64,000 nt of DNA from Planctomycetota bacterium (lineage in GTDB: Bacteria > Planctomycetota > SZUA-567 > H5-PLA8): the NCBI GenBank assembly GCA_038227875.1, contig JBBRPR010000003.1, positions 32,001 to 96,000 on the forward strand, written 5' to 3'. A model generated the notes under the pieces. It worked only from the letters and a program-made list of their open reading frames with translations. It ran no database searches and was not told the origin of the DNA. Shown piece after piece: positions 45,987 to 56,849 of the stretch. The position numbers and the translations under genes were made by a program. Position 1 is the stretch's first letter. Every line of letters begins with the position of its first letter.

Positions 45987-47906
45987 CTAGTCCACGGCCG
46001 CGGGCGAGTCGGAGGTATTTTTGGATTTTCGGCGACGGAGTTTTTCCAGCGTCCACTGCCAGAATTCGCGGGGCTCTTCCATGCGCAGCGCCATCGAGAT
46101 GCCCAGATATATCAACGCGCCCACGACCGCGATAATGGCTGCTTCGCCGCCGTGAATCAGCTTGGCCATTTTCGAGAGCGACTGAGTCTGCGCGTCGCCC
46201 CTGGTGAATTTGTCGATCTGCTTGGTCACGATCGGATTCAATGCCATCGACAAACCCCACGCACACACGGCTGTGGCAGTGCCGGCAACCAACGTGCGGA
46301 AGACGAAGCCAATATTTTCGGCAACGGGAAAAACCGGAACGGTACTCTTCAACATCGTCACCAGCACGATGACTTTCAGGACGCGCGCCAGAACCAGGCA
46401 GATCGACAGACCAATCAGGATATCCATGGGATCGGTGAGATTGTCCCCCAGCGCCTTCGCTGCCGCGGCAGTCAGTCCGGAGAAGATCAACCCGGCGATC
46501 GTCGGCGCGATCATGCGGCGGCTGGAGAAAAACGCCTGCATCACCATCATTTCCACGGCGACGAACGTCATTTCAATACAGAAGATCTGAACGACCACGG
46601 ACGAAAACTTCGCTTCCTTGAGGCCGATGTTTTCGCCCGCGAACAAGGCCAGCGTCAGCGGCAGGGCGCCAGCCGCGATCACGATGCTCAAAGGCACGAA
46701 AAACCAGACCAGCATCCGGATCACGCGCGTCAGCACGTCGCCGAGCTGCTTGTTGTCGTCGCGCGCGGAGATGTCGCAGAAAAACGGCAGCAGCGCGATG
46801 GAGAGCGCATACGGAATCAGCGAATTAACTGAACCCGAGATGGTTCGGCCGAGCTTGTAGTACGTCGGCAGATTGGCTTTCGAGGTCAGTACGTACTGCA
46901 CGACATTGTCGCGGAAACGCGAAATGAAAATGCCCGCCAGCAGCGGCAGTACCAGCATGATAAACGCACTGACATACGGGTCGCGCAGGTTCAGCGAGAA
47001 GCGGTACTGTTTCAACCGACTCCAGCGCAAAGCCAGCACGTGGGTCATCAATTTAACGCCGCCGCCGAGCACCACACCCAGCGCCAGAAAACGCCAGTCG
47101 CCCCTGTTGACGCCTTGATGAATACCCAGCAGCGCTCCGGCGAGTATCCCGATCTTCACGGCTGCGTCGCCGAAGGCCGCCCAGAAGAATTCCTTGTACG
47201 CGTTTAAAATCATGTAGGTGAGGCTGGCCAGCGAAAGACCCAGCAGCCCCAGCGCCGACCAGCGCAGCATCTTCACCGCGTAATCGAAACGTTCGCTCCG
47301 CCCGGCCAAATCCTTGTCGATGGCCTCGGCATTGAGGACCTCCGCGCGCGTCACAGTCTCCTCGATGATCTCAGAGCCATCTTTTGAGGATACGTGAAAC
47401 GTGTATTCCTGCGGCGTGCTGGAAACCATTTCGGCTTTGTATTTCGACGCGAGAGTCTCCACTTCCACCGTGCGGCTGTCCCATTTCGCCAGCACGCGCA
47501 CCACCTGAGTGGGGAAGACCATCAGCACGGAGATCACGCCGATGAGAATGATCGTTTGCGCATTGAACAAAATGGAGGTGTAGTGCCATGCGCGCGCTTC
47601 GCCGTCCTTTTCGCGCGCGCTGGTGAAGACCGGCAGGTACGCGGGGCCCAGACATTGCTCGCCGATCAGGAACGCGGTGTTGAGCACGCTTTCCCAGATC
47701 ACGTTGTACGCGTCACTGACAGCCAGCGAATAACCGTTGGAGATGCGGTTGGTCATGACGTAGCCGGCCAGCCGCACGCAGACGTGCGCCGCCAGCACGA
47801 CAAACCCCGCGCGGAGAATGCGGTTGCCCAGTGATTTCTTCGGCTTCGGAGATGTAGGGGAAGGCGTGGTTTCCAGAAGCGGCTCCGTACGGGTGTTGGA
47901 ACTCAA
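45987..47906 (-). CDS. murJ: MurJ/MviN-like lipid flippase with extracytoplasmic insertion
   Basis: SDAY, PAYLPVF, ILNAYKEF, SIALLPF, QAFFS pattern; many TM helices. Confidence 0.7.
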   Translation of the reverse strand: MSSNTRTEPLLETTPSPTSPKPKKSLGNRILRAGFVVLAAHVCVRLAGYVMTNRISNGYSLAVSDAYNVIWESVLNTAFLIGEQCLGPAYLPVFTSAREKDGEARAWHYTSILFNAQTIILIGVISVLMVFPTQVVRVLAKWDSRTVEVETLASKYKAEMVSSTPQEYTFHVSSKDGSEIIEETVTRAEVLNAEAIDKDLAGRSERFDYAVKMLRWSALGLLGLSLASLTYMILNAYKEFFWAAFGDAAVKIGILAGALLGIHQGVNRGDWRFLALGVVLGGGVKLMTHVLALRWSRLKQYRFSLNLRDPYVSAFIMLVLPLLAGIFISRFRDNVVQYVLTSKANLPTYYKLGRTISGSVNSLIPYALSIALLPFFCDISARDDNKQLGDVLTRVIRMLVWFFVPLSIVIAAGALPLTLALFAGENIGLKEAKFSSVVVQIFCIEMTFVAVEMMVMQAFFSSRRMIAPTIAGLIFSGLTAAAAKALGDNLTDPMDILIGLSICLVLARVLKVIVLVTMLKSTVPVFPVAENIGFVFRTLVAGTATAVCAWGLSMALNPIVTKQIDKFTRGDAQTQSLSKMAKLIHGGEAAIIAVVGALIYLGISMALRMEEPREFWQWTLEKLRRRKSKNTSDSPAAVD

Positions 47907-47933
47907 CCGTTCAACGAAAGACGTACACGAGCA

Positions 47934-48695
47934 CTACTTCTTGTTTTCCGCCGCGGCCTGATTGGCCTGATTGGCTGCCTGCATTTTCAATTCCGGGCCG
48001 CTGGCTCGCAGGTACAGCGGGGCGAGACTGTGAATCGCCGCCGGCGTGCGCTGCGCTTCCCCGCGCACCAGGCGTTCCCAGCCGCATTCCGCCAGCGCCG
48101 CCGCCGTGATGTGTTCGCAGCCGCGCAGCACGGTCCAGTTGCGCTTCGCTGCTTCGGCTTCCAGCGCCGCCAGGCAGACTTCGTCGCCGCAGAGCGCCAC
48201 AGGAATGCCCGGATGCTTTTCCAGCGCCGCGTCCACCGCACTCAACATCGGCGCTTGCTCCAACACGCCTTCAACTACCCACCGTTCAGGCTGACTGGAA
48301 GTCTCGCCAAATAGCGCGCAAAAATGCCAGCCGTTGCGGCCATCGCGCAGGGTCAACCGCGCATGACCTGGCGCGCGCCGGGACGCGTCGAAGGCGAGCG
48401 CTTCAAAACTGGGTACACCGAGAACGCCGATCTGTGCGCCCCAAGCCAGCGCTTTTGCGGCGCTCAGCCCGATGCGCAGGCCCGTCCACGATCCCGGTCC
48501 CAGCGAAACGGCGACGGCTTCCAGTTCCTGCGGCTTGAGATTCTGCGCGCTCAACGCCTTGTCAATCAGCGGTGCCAGAGCACGGCCGTGAATCGAGCCG
48601 GCTGTCACGTTCTCCGAAAACAGCAATCCGCTCTCGGCGCGCAGCGCGACACCCAACGATTTACCAGACGTTTCAATGGCCAACAGCGGACGCAT
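47934..48695 (-). CDS. tsaB: tRNA threonylcarbamoyladenosine biosynthesis protein TsaB
   Basis: LLAIETS, AVSLGPGSWTGLRIG, PLYLR. Confidence 0.92.
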   Translation of the reverse strand: MRPLLAIETSGKSLGVALRAESGLLFSENVTAGSIHGRALAPLIDKALSAQNLKPQELEAVAVSLGPGSWTGLRIGLSAAKALAWGAQIGVLGVPSFEALAFDASRRAPGHARLTLRDGRNGWHFCALFGETSSQPERWVVEGVLEQAPMLSAVDAALEKHPGIPVALCGDEVCLAALEAEAAKRNWTVLRGCEHITAAALAECGWERLVRGEAQRTPAAIHSLAPLYLRASGPELKMQAANQANQAAAENKK

Positions 48696-48830
48696 GATGG
48701 GAGCTCTTTCGGCAATGTGGTTCGAAGTTCCGAATCTACGCGCAGAGTTAAGAATCGTCAACGAAAGGGGAACAGACATAAGGAGGCAGCTGCAGTAGGC
48801 GGTTCTTGGCGGCTCTGCGTGTGAATGGAA

Positions 48831-51509
48831 TTACAGGGATTTCTTGTCGCTGGCGATTTCCAGCTTCCAGTCTTTCATCGGCGTGTTTTCGAGATTGACC
48901 TGGTTGACGAAGTAGAAGAGCGCGCGCGTGGCGGGCTTGTCGATGAAATTGAAGCGTTCCTTCAGGTAGTACGGCGGCAGGGATTGATAGTAAAGCGTCG
49001 CGCTGACGATCAGTGGTTGATTGGGCGCGAGCGTCAACGGGACCTCGTAGCGCAGCGTGTCGCTGCCGCTGCCGTCGTTGTAGTCCTTGTCCTTCTTCGC
49101 GTCGCCGACCGGCGCGGTTAGATCCGCGTCAGGTCCGTTGTGGCTCCAGCCCCGCGGCAGGATCCGGTTGTCTTTCACAATGTCGCGCAGGCTGATGAAA
49201 CTGGTCGTCAGGTGGTGATCGCTGCCGGCGACGAGCAACTCGTAAATCTGAACTTGATCCTCGCGCGTGATGGTGTCGAAGTGTGGCTGGTACTGATTTT
49301 TCTCGAGCGACTCCGAGTTCAGCGGCACAAACACGCCCTTCTCGGTTATGCCGATCGTGCCGAAGCTGTCCGTGCCACCGGAGACCCAGATCGGTTGGCC
49401 GCCGGACGTGACTTTGAATTCAATGAACGCGCGGCGGAATCCGACACCGGAGGGGAACTTGTGCCCGGCCTGATTCTCGATTTTTACGCTCGCGGAGATC
49501 CCCTTGTCGGTGCGCTTGAGGTCAAAGAGCGTGATTTTCGCGGTCTGCTTCTGCGCCATTTCCAGGCTGGTCTGCAGCGCAAGATCCTGGCCGGGGATGC
49601 CGTTTTCAGCAGTGAAGAGATTGTCGCGGCGCTGAACTCCCAGCAGCCATGGAAACTGGCTGAACATCTCCGTGACGAACGTGTTGATGCCGTGGAGCGA
49701 ATGTCGCGAGTACGGTTCCTTCGGATCTTCGCCGCGCAGCGCGAGCGTGAGTTTCGCATCCGGGGCGCGGCCTTCGTTGGCGGGAAACGTGTTGTCCTCG
49801 ATGGTCGCAATTTTGAATTTGAGCGGCGCTGCGCCTACGCCACTGTACGTGCGCGGCATGTGGCAATTCTGGCAGCTCTGCTTGCGGGGATTGTCGGGCT
49901 TCTCCTCGTCGGAGAATTCGCTGTTCTTCCACTCCAGGTACGTGGTCTGTTCGTGAAATGTTTTCGCGGGCTTTTCCACATCAGCCTTCGCGTATTTTTT
50001 GTCGCGATCGAGCGACGGCGTCACGACCGTATGGCAGGAGCCGCACATTTTGGAGCTGCGCAGCTGTTCGCCATACTTGGGCGTCAGACCGAGGCTCTGT
50101 TCCATCGGCAGCGTCATCACGGTCTGATACGGCCCGAATATTTCGTTGGCCTTCTCAGCGACCTTGAATTTCCCCGTGTACGACGCGGGCGTGCCGAGCC
50201 CATCGGGCAGCATGCGGTGGCAGACCGCGCACGAGACCCCGTCGCGCGCGAGCGCGCCGTATGCAGCGTGATCGCCATCCTTGTCCGCGGCGGCGGTGAC
50301 AAAACCGTGCTGGAAGAGTTCGTCGCCGCCCTTGTCGTGAGCGAACTGCCGCTGGCCCATAACGCCATGGCAGCTCAGGCACGTGTTGTCGATCTCTTTG
50401 GCAAGCTCGGGATGCAATTCGCGCTCGGCTTCCAACTGCGCATAGAAGACCGGATCGCGGCCGGACAGGCCCATCATCGAATTACGCCATTCACTGAACG
50501 GCGACAGGTTGGCCAGCTTCTCGGCTTTCGGGCCGACGGGCATGATCATATTGGGCAGCGTCGAGAAAAACTGCGTCGCACCGTGGCACGCCGAACAGTT
50601 GCTGGCGGTGACGAACTGCTTGTGCCCGTCCGGCTGCGGCCCCTGCGGAACGTGATCGTAACTCGAGAACGGCAGCGGCTCCGGCACAAAGCCGTCGGAG
50701 ATCTTGTCCAGGACCCTCCAGTAGTCGGCGCGCTTTTTCGAGAATGGAACCTTCCACGTTTCGGTGTTGTAACGCTCGTCGCTCGGCGGCGTATGGATGT
50801 CAACAATCGACGTCGCTTTGCCGATCATCGGGATGGGCACGATCGTTGTGAACGAGGGCTGCGGGCCGTTGACATTCCGCATCGTGGCGAAAATCGATTC
50901 CTTGTTGTCCGTCGACGCGTGGCAGGTGATGCAGGAGAGTCCGAAGCCGGCGTTGGGATCGAAAAAGCGGAGCGCGTTTTCCGGCTTGGGTTTGAGCAGT
51001 GGTCCGCCATCGCTCCAGAACCAGCCATCCCACGAAGCTTTCTTGTCTTTGATGGCGATGCTATACGACGTCGCTTCGTTCAGAAATTTCTCGGGATTCT
51101 TCGGGTCGCGCGGGAAGATTTCCTTCACGATCATTTCGCCATCGGCGATCGCGCCCGTCCGGCCGCCGCTCAGCCACGCCCAGACGCCGGGTGAATAATA
51201 TACTTTTACGCCGCCCGGCCCGTGCGTCCCGAAAGACTCGATTGTGCCAGCCGTGGTGACAATGTACGGCCCGGTCGCGCGGATCTCGGGGTCGTGATTC
51301 CACTGGTGGTATTTGGCGGCAATGATAAAGGCGTTGAGCTTTTCGGAGAACTTCTCCGCGCCCATTTCAGAGGGAATGCCGATGGGAAATTTGTAATCAT
51401 CGGCGGCGAAAACCGGTTGCGTCGCAAGGGCGCTGAACAGCAACGCGAGGGCGGTCAGAAATTCAACGCGGAGATGGAAAATTAGACTGGGGAGAGAGCG
51501 TCGTTGCAT
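48831..51509 (-). CDS. Secreted hexaheme cytochrome c with N-terminal cytochrome P460-like domain
   Basis: Six CxxCH (CITCH, CSACH, CLSCH, CAVCH, CGSCH, CQNCH); DGEMIVKE...GWFW...CITCH; GHKFPSG and DNRILPRG C-terminal motifs. Confidence 0.85.
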   Translation of the reverse strand: MQRRSLPSLIFHLRVEFLTALALLFSALATQPVFAADDYKFPIGIPSEMGAEKFSEKLNAFIIAAKYHQWNHDPEIRATGPYIVTTAGTIESFGTHGPGGVKVYYSPGVWAWLSGGRTGAIADGEMIVKEIFPRDPKNPEKFLNEATSYSIAIKDKKASWDGWFWSDGGPLLKPKPENALRFFDPNAGFGLSCITCHASTDNKESIFATMRNVNGPQPSFTTIVPIPMIGKATSIVDIHTPPSDERYNTETWKVPFSKKRADYWRVLDKISDGFVPEPLPFSSYDHVPQGPQPDGHKQFVTASNCSACHGATQFFSTLPNMIMPVGPKAEKLANLSPFSEWRNSMMGLSGRDPVFYAQLEAERELHPELAKEIDNTCLSCHGVMGQRQFAHDKGGDELFQHGFVTAAADKDGDHAAYGALARDGVSCAVCHRMLPDGLGTPASYTGKFKVAEKANEIFGPYQTVMTLPMEQSLGLTPKYGEQLRSSKMCGSCHTVVTPSLDRDKKYAKADVEKPAKTFHEQTTYLEWKNSEFSDEEKPDNPRKQSCQNCHMPRTYSGVGAAPLKFKIATIEDNTFPANEGRAPDAKLTLALRGEDPKEPYSRHSLHGINTFVTEMFSQFPWLLGVQRRDNLFTAENGIPGQDLALQTSLEMAQKQTAKITLFDLKRTDKGISASVKIENQAGHKFPSGVGFRRAFIEFKVTSGGQPIWVSGGTDSFGTIGITEKGVFVPLNSESLEKNQYQPHFDTITREDQVQIYELLVAGSDHHLTTSFISLRDIVKDNRILPRGWSHNGPDADLTAPVGDAKKDKDYNDGSGSDTLRYEVPLTLAPNQPLIVSATLYYQSLPPYYLKERFNFIDKPATRALFYFVNQVNLENTPMKDWKLEIASDKKSL

Positions 51510-51694
51510 AAGGGTCCGCTGTGGCCGCGCGCACGTCACACTCATGTTAGTAATAGGACGCGCGCGGGCAACGGGAATTCAAACGGAGTGCGCATTGCTT
51601 GAACTTCATTTTTATTTAGCACTTTCACCGTTCTCGCGTCTATAATCGTGGGCCGCGCCGGGTTGCAGGCGCGGGTGAGTGTGAAGGATAGATT

Positions 51695-52186
51695 ATGCAG
51701 TGGGTTGTGTGGTTGCCGTGGCTGGCCTATTTCGGTTCCGGATGGGCGATCGGTCTGGTCCTCGAGTACTTCCTTCACATCATCATGCACCGCCGCAGTC
51801 TGGCGTTTCACATTCATCATCATCATGATTTTTTCAATCTGCCCGCGCGCGAAGTGGCGATCAAGGACCTGAGCCCCCGCTTGAACGTGGTCTTCCTGCT
51901 GGGTCTGCTGCTGGTGGCTGCTCCATTGATGTACTGGCTGGGCTGGAAGCCCGTCGTCGTGGGCTGGGCTGGCGTGGTCTGGCATATCCTGATCGTTTAC
52001 GAAGCCTGCCACGCGCTGATACATTACGACGCGATCATTCCGGAGCTGATCGAGCGGCGCGGCGCCTATCAATGGTGGCGCGCGTGCCATGTGGAACACC
52101 ACCGGCATTCACCCGCGGGAAATTACTGCGTTTCGTTTCCCGTGCTGGATGTTCTCTTCGGAACATATATTCGTCCGAAGACCTGA
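51695..52186 (+). CDS. Sterol desaturase/fatty-acid hydroxylase family protein
   Basis: His boxes EYFLHIIMH, HIHHH, YEACHALIH, HVEHH; ends DVLFGT. Confidence 0.85.
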   Translation: MQWVVWLPWLAYFGSGWAIGLVLEYFLHIIMHRRSLAFHIHHHHDFFNLPAREVAIKDLSPRLNVVFLLGLLLVAAPLMYWLGWKPVVVGWAGVVWHILIVYEACHALIHYDAIIPELIERRGAYQWWRACHVEHHRHSPAGNYCVSFPVLDVLFGTYIRPKT

Positions 52187-52236
52187 ATTTCTCGCAAGTT
52201 CCAACTCGATTATTCGTTTAACGTGCGGGGAGAACT

Positions 52237-53211
52237 ATGCCCGCGCGCAGCTATTCGATTCGAATTCCGCTACTTTCAATGGCCTTGGCGCTGCTCTGCG
52301 TTTTTCTCGCGGCACTGAAACTTACGCCGCGGCAGGACTTCACCGTTTCACTCCCCGCGTTACCAGCGCCGACTTTGAACTCCGCGCCTGGCCGGACCGT
52401 GCGTGTCGCGGCGATTCAATGCCCTTCGCAGATGGGCCGGCTCCGCGAAAATCGCGTGCGGCTCACTGAGCTGATCACGCAGGCCGCGAAGCGCGGCGCG
52501 AAAATCGTCGTGCTTCCCGAATGCGCGGTGCACGGCTATTTCGATCCGCTGGAGGACCTCAAGTGGACACGCTCCACCGAACCTGACGCGCACGAACTTC
52601 CCGCCTCGGACGTGGCTGAACACGTGCCGGGGACGTCGACACGTTACTTCGGAGATCTCGCGCGAACACTGGGCATTTACCTGACCGTGCCGCTGGTCGA
52701 GAGTGATCGCGGCGTGTATTTCAACAGCGTGGTGCTGATGGGCCCCGACGGAAAAATCGCCGCGCGGCACCGCAAGAGCGATCTCTGGAACGAAGGCGAC
52801 AGTTCGTGGGCCACCGCGGGAGTTGGCGACGCCCAAGTGGCATCGACGCCGTATGGTCGTCTCGGTCTGATGATCTGTCACGACTACCAGACGCTGCCGA
52901 AGCAACTGCGTGGCAAGGCCGACATCGTGCTCTACTCCGTGGGCTGGTACGGCCCGAACACGGAAGGCTGGTACAGCGACATGTTCCCGCGCCAGGTCGT
53001 GGTGCCCAACGGCTTCGCCGTGATCGCCGCCAACTGGGCTGCCGCCGCGAGCGACGATCTCTGGCAGGGCGTCGGCTACAGCACGATCTACAAAGCCGAC
53101 GGCACGGTCGTCGCCATGAGCTCCCGGACGAGCGGCAATGACATTGTGTACGGCGATCTGCCAATTCCCGTCCGTCCTGTGTCTCCGCCTGTGGCGATCG
53201 ACGACGAGTAG
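52237..53211 (+). CDS. Carbon-nitrogen hydrolase (nitrilase superfamily) with N-terminal membrane anchor
   Basis: E-K-C triad: VLPEC, HRKSDL, GLMICHD. Confidence 0.88.
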   Translation: MPARSYSIRIPLLSMALALLCVFLAALKLTPRQDFTVSLPALPAPTLNSAPGRTVRVAAIQCPSQMGRLRENRVRLTELITQAAKRGAKIVVLPECAVHGYFDPLEDLKWTRSTEPDAHELPASDVAEHVPGTSTRYFGDLARTLGIYLTVPLVESDRGVYFNSVVLMGPDGKIAARHRKSDLWNEGDSSWATAGVGDAQVASTPYGRLGLMICHDYQTLPKQLRGKADIVLYSVGWYGPNTEGWYSDMFPRQVVVPNGFAVIAANWAAAASDDLWQGVGYSTIYKADGTVVAMSSRTSGNDIVYGDLPIPVRPVSPPVAIDDE

Positions 53212-53447
53212 CGTGCGAGGTGCTGTTGCTTCGACAGCATCAACTCTGGGACAGCTGTCCCTACGGCGTGATCGAAATTGCGTCGGTTTCTTCGTAAGTA
53301 AATGTCCTAGCGTTCGTCTCTCATTCATACGCAGGCCTATGGTTTATCGTGGGATAACAGTGAATCCCTGAAAAATCTGTGACGCGTCTCTGCTATAGGG
53401 GTGAGCAGAAGCGCGAACAGAAGTTTTTTCACGTGATGGGGACCCTC

Positions 53448-54827
53448 ATGTTCAAGTGGATCGTGATTGCTATTCTTGTGCTGGTGATTCTCGCTGGTGG
53501 CGGTGCGGCGGTCGCCTATGGTCGCGCGGCGAAGAAGCCAGCTAACGTGTGGAAGTCGGCGAAGGTCAAGCGCGGCGATTTGAATACGACGGTGATGGCC
53601 AGCGGCAAGGTCGGTCCGGTTCAGACCGTCCAGATCGGCGCACAGGCCTCCGGTCTGGTGAAAGAAGTGCGCAAAGGTCCAAACGATTCGGTGAAAAAGG
53701 GCGAAGTCCTGGCGCTGCTGGATACCGAGCTGCTCGACGCCGACCGCCGTGCGGCGCAAGTGCGGCTGAATCAGGTACGCGCCGCCGCCGCGCTGCTGCA
53801 GATCCAGCACGACGACCTGCGCCTGCGCGATTTGAAATTGAAGTCGGACCGCGAACACAAAAAGCTCAGCCTCGATCGCGCCAAGGCCACGTTCGATATG
53901 ACCAAGAAAGTCTACGACCGCAGCGTCCCGCTGGTCGGCATGGCCATGTCGCAGCTGGACCTCGAACGCCTGCAGACCGAGGCGCTCAACGCCAACCGCG
54001 ACCACAGCATGCTGAAACTCGACGTGGAACTCTGCGACGTCGACGCCGAACAGATCCTCGCCGACACCCGCAAGCTCGCGGCGCAGGAAGAGCAGGCCCA
54101 GGCCGACGTACTTCAAGCCGAAGCGGCGCTGGCGCGCGCGGAGACCAACCTGCGCTACGCGACGATCACCTCGCCGATCGACGGCGTGGTGCTGGAGCGC
54201 ACGATCGAACTCGGGCAGACGATCGCGGCGTCGTTCCAAACGCCCAATCTCTTCAAGATCGCGTCGACGCTCACGGAGATCCGCATCGAAGCGCACGTTG
54301 ACGAGGCGGACATCGGCCGCATTGCGGCGGGGCAGGATGTAAAATTCGAAGTCGACGCGTACTCCGGTGAATCGCTTTCCGGCCAGGTGCTGATGGCGAG
54401 GCTGCAGCCCACGATGCTCAACAATCAGGAGACGACACCCGTTACCTACCCGGTGGTGATCCGCGCGAGCAATCCTGCCGACGCCGTTCATCCGTTTGGC
54501 AAGTTGCTGCCGGGAATGACGGCGAGCTTGCAATTCACGATCGAACACCGCGCCGATGTGCTGCTGCTCCCCGCGGCGGCGCTGCGCTTCAAACCAGAGA
54601 ACGCGCCAGCGGCCCCTTCACACGCAACCACGGTGCCCAAGCCCGGTGCGGCCTGGGGCACGATTTATCTCGCGGGAAGCGACGGCGCGCTGGTGCCCAA
54701 GTCCATCGCCGTCGGCGCCAGCAGCGCGGACAGTTACGAGCTGATCGAGAGTCCGCTGAAGGAAGGCGACGCGGTCGTCACAGGCGAGAAGCATGATGGC
54801 AATCTCTTCAATGACGAAGGCGACTAG
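53448..54827 (+). CDS. MacA-like periplasmic adaptor subunit
   Basis: N-terminal TM; VQIGAQASG, ITSPIDGVV, GQTIAASFQTPNLF, VDEADIG, LLPGMTA. Confidence 0.9.
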   Translation: MFKWIVIAILVLVILAGGGAAVAYGRAAKKPANVWKSAKVKRGDLNTTVMASGKVGPVQTVQIGAQASGLVKEVRKGPNDSVKKGEVLALLDTELLDADRRAAQVRLNQVRAAAALLQIQHDDLRLRDLKLKSDREHKKLSLDRAKATFDMTKKVYDRSVPLVGMAMSQLDLERLQTEALNANRDHSMLKLDVELCDVDAEQILADTRKLAAQEEQAQADVLQAEAALARAETNLRYATITSPIDGVVLERTIELGQTIAASFQTPNLFKIASTLTEIRIEAHVDEADIGRIAAGQDVKFEVDAYSGESLSGQVLMARLQPTMLNNQETTPVTYPVVIRASNPADAVHPFGKLLPGMTASLQFTIEHRADVLLLPAAALRFKPENAPAAPSHATTVPKPGAAWGTIYLAGSDGALVPKSIAVGASSADSYELIESPLKEGDAVVTGEKHDGNLFNDEGD

Positions 54828-54829
54828 CG

Positions 54830-55618
54830 ATGCCTGAGTCTGCAGCTTCTGGAAACGCGGTCATCGCCGCCGATCACATCGTCAAGACGTACGGCGCGGG
54901 TGGCGTGGCGCCCGTGCACGCGCTGCGCGGCGTCTCGTTCGAGGTCCGCGCCGGCGAGTTCGTCGCGATCATGGGCGCGTCGGGTTCGGGCAAATCGACG
55001 CTGATGAATATCCTCGGCTGCCTCGACCGCCCGACCACCGGCACCTATCGTCTAGACGGCAAGGACGTCTCCAACTACACGCGGCGAAACCTCGCGCACG
55101 TCCGCTCGTCGGTGCTGGGCTTTGTCTTTCAGAATTTCCAACTGCTGCCGCGCCTCACGGCTCAGGCCAATGTTGAATTGCCGCTGCAATACGTGAGAGG
55201 ACTCTCCGGCTCGCAGCGCCGCGCGATGGCCGTTCAGTCGCTGACGCGCGTCGGACTGGCCGACAAGCTCGGGCGGCGGCCGTCGGAGCTTTCCGGCGGA
55301 CAGCAGCAGCGCGTCGCCATCGCGCGCGCATTGGTCAACGCGCCCAAGATTCTGCTCGCCGACGAACCGACCGGAAATCTCGACACGCGCACCGGCTTCG
55401 AAGTCCTCGCGCTGCTGCAGGAGCTGCACCGCGGCGGACTGACGATTGTGCTGGTGACGCACGAACTCGACGTCGCAGCCTGTACCTCGCGCCGGCTGCT
55501 GGTTCGCGACGGGCGCCTGGTCACCGATCTGAGGCAGCAACCGGTGGACGCCACGGTCGAACTGCGCCGCCTGGAACAGGAAGCGCTGCTAGAAAAAGCC
55601 GAAAGTGGTGCGGCATGA
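54830..55618 (+). CDS. MacB/LolD-type ABC transporter ATP-binding protein
   Basis: [33 protein letters not shown]. Confidence 0.95.
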   Translation: MPESAASGNAVIAADHIVKTYGAGGVAPVHALRGVSFEVRAGEFVAIMGASGSGKSTLMNILGCLDRPTTGTYRLDGKDVSNYTRRNLAHVRSSVLGFVFQNFQLLPRLTAQANVELPLQYVRGLSGSQRRAMAVQSLTRVGLADKLGRRPSELSGGQQQRVAIARALVNAPKILLADEPTGNLDTRTGFEVLALLQELHRGGLTIVLVTHELDVAACTSRRLLVRDGRLVTDLRQQPVDATVELRRLEQEALLEKAESGAA

Positions 55619-56805
55619 TCGCGGCACTGCGGCTCGCGTTTCAGGCGCTCTTCGCCAACAAGTTGCGCTCGGCGCTGACGATGCTCGGCAACATCATCGG
55701 CGTGACCTGCGTCGTCGCGCTGATCAACATCGGGTTAAGCGGGCGGCAGTACATCCAGGTGAGTCTCTCATCGATGGGCGAGAATCTGGTCTACGTCTAC
55801 AGCCGCGACGACGACCCGCGCGCCCGCCCCAAGCCGCTGACCGTTCATGATGCGATAGCATTGGCCAATCAATGCCCGTCCGCGAAAGCGGTGACGCCGA
55901 TGGCAAATAAATACGATGCCAACGTGGTCTATGGCAACCAAAACACCAAAGCGATGCTGCGCGGTGTCTGGGCCAGCGGCTTCGATGTCTGCAAATTCAC
56001 CGTCGCAAAAGGTGTGGCCTTCACGGAACTCGACGAACAGGGTGGCAACCGTGTCTGCCTGCTCGGCGACACGATCGTGCAGAAACTTTTCGGCAATCTC
56101 GATCCGCTCGGCCAGATAGTGCGTATTGAAAATCAGCCCTACACAGTCATCGGCACACTGGCGAAGAAGGGTGCGACGCTGGGCCAGGATGAGGACAGCC
56201 AGGTTGTCGCACCGTTTTCGGCCATCCACGACCGCGTCGCCGGCGGCAATGCCGTCAGCCATATTCTCTGCACCGCTCGCAGCCGCGAAGAGATGCCGAA
56301 GTTGAAAGAAGAAATTCTCGCGTGCATTCGAGAACGACATCACGTTCCAGCCGCGGCCAAAAGCGACGTGAAGGCCGCGGATTTTCAGGGCGCCGAGATG
56401 GTCGACAAGATCATCCTTGCCGCGACAGGCTTGCTCGCCTCAATCGCGTTCATCTCGCTCCTCGTCGGCGGCATCGGCATCATGAACATCATGCTCGTCG
56501 CGATCACGGAGCGTACGCGCGAGATCGGCCTGCGCATGGCCGTCGGCGCGACGGACCTGCACATACTATTTCAATTCCTGATCGAAGCCGTGGTGATGAG
56601 CGCTGTGGGCGGAATGCTCGGCGTCGTGGTCGGCATCGGCCTGAGTGTCGTGGTCACGATGGTCCTGGAATGGCCGATGATCCTGAGCACGCTTTCGGTA
56701 ATCGCCGCCCTGGGCTTCTCGGCAGCCGTCGGATTGTTCTTCGGCATCTACCCTGCGTGGCGCGCATCGCGGCTGGACCCGATGGTCGCGATCCGCATGG
56801 ACTAG
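55615..56805 (+). CDS. MacB/FtsX-type ABC permease
   Basis: [49 protein letters not shown]. Confidence 0.93.
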   Translation: MIAALRLAFQALFANKLRSALTMLGNIIGVTCVVALINIGLSGRQYIQVSLSSMGENLVYVYSRDDDPRARPKPLTVHDAIALANQCPSAKAVTPMANKYDANVVYGNQNTKAMLRGVWASGFDVCKFTVAKGVAFTELDEQGGNRVCLLGDTIVQKLFGNLDPLGQIVRIENQPYTVIGTLAKKGATLGQDEDSQVVAPFSAIHDRVAGGNAVSHILCTARSREEMPKLKEEILACIRERHHVPAAAKSDVKAADFQGAEMVDKIILAATGLLASIAFISLLVGGIGIMNIMLVAITERTREIGLRMAVGATDLHILFQFLIEAVVMSAVGGMLGVVVGIGLSVVVTMVLEWPMILSTLSVIAALGFSAAVGLFFGIYPAWRASRLDPMVAIRMD

Positions 56806-56849
56806 CTGCCCGTTGATAAAATCCCACGGGCAGCTCTACAGATTCGAAG

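Noticed and set aside
49140..51194. 684-aa plus-strand ORF
   Set aside because: Antisense shadow of the multiheme cytochrome
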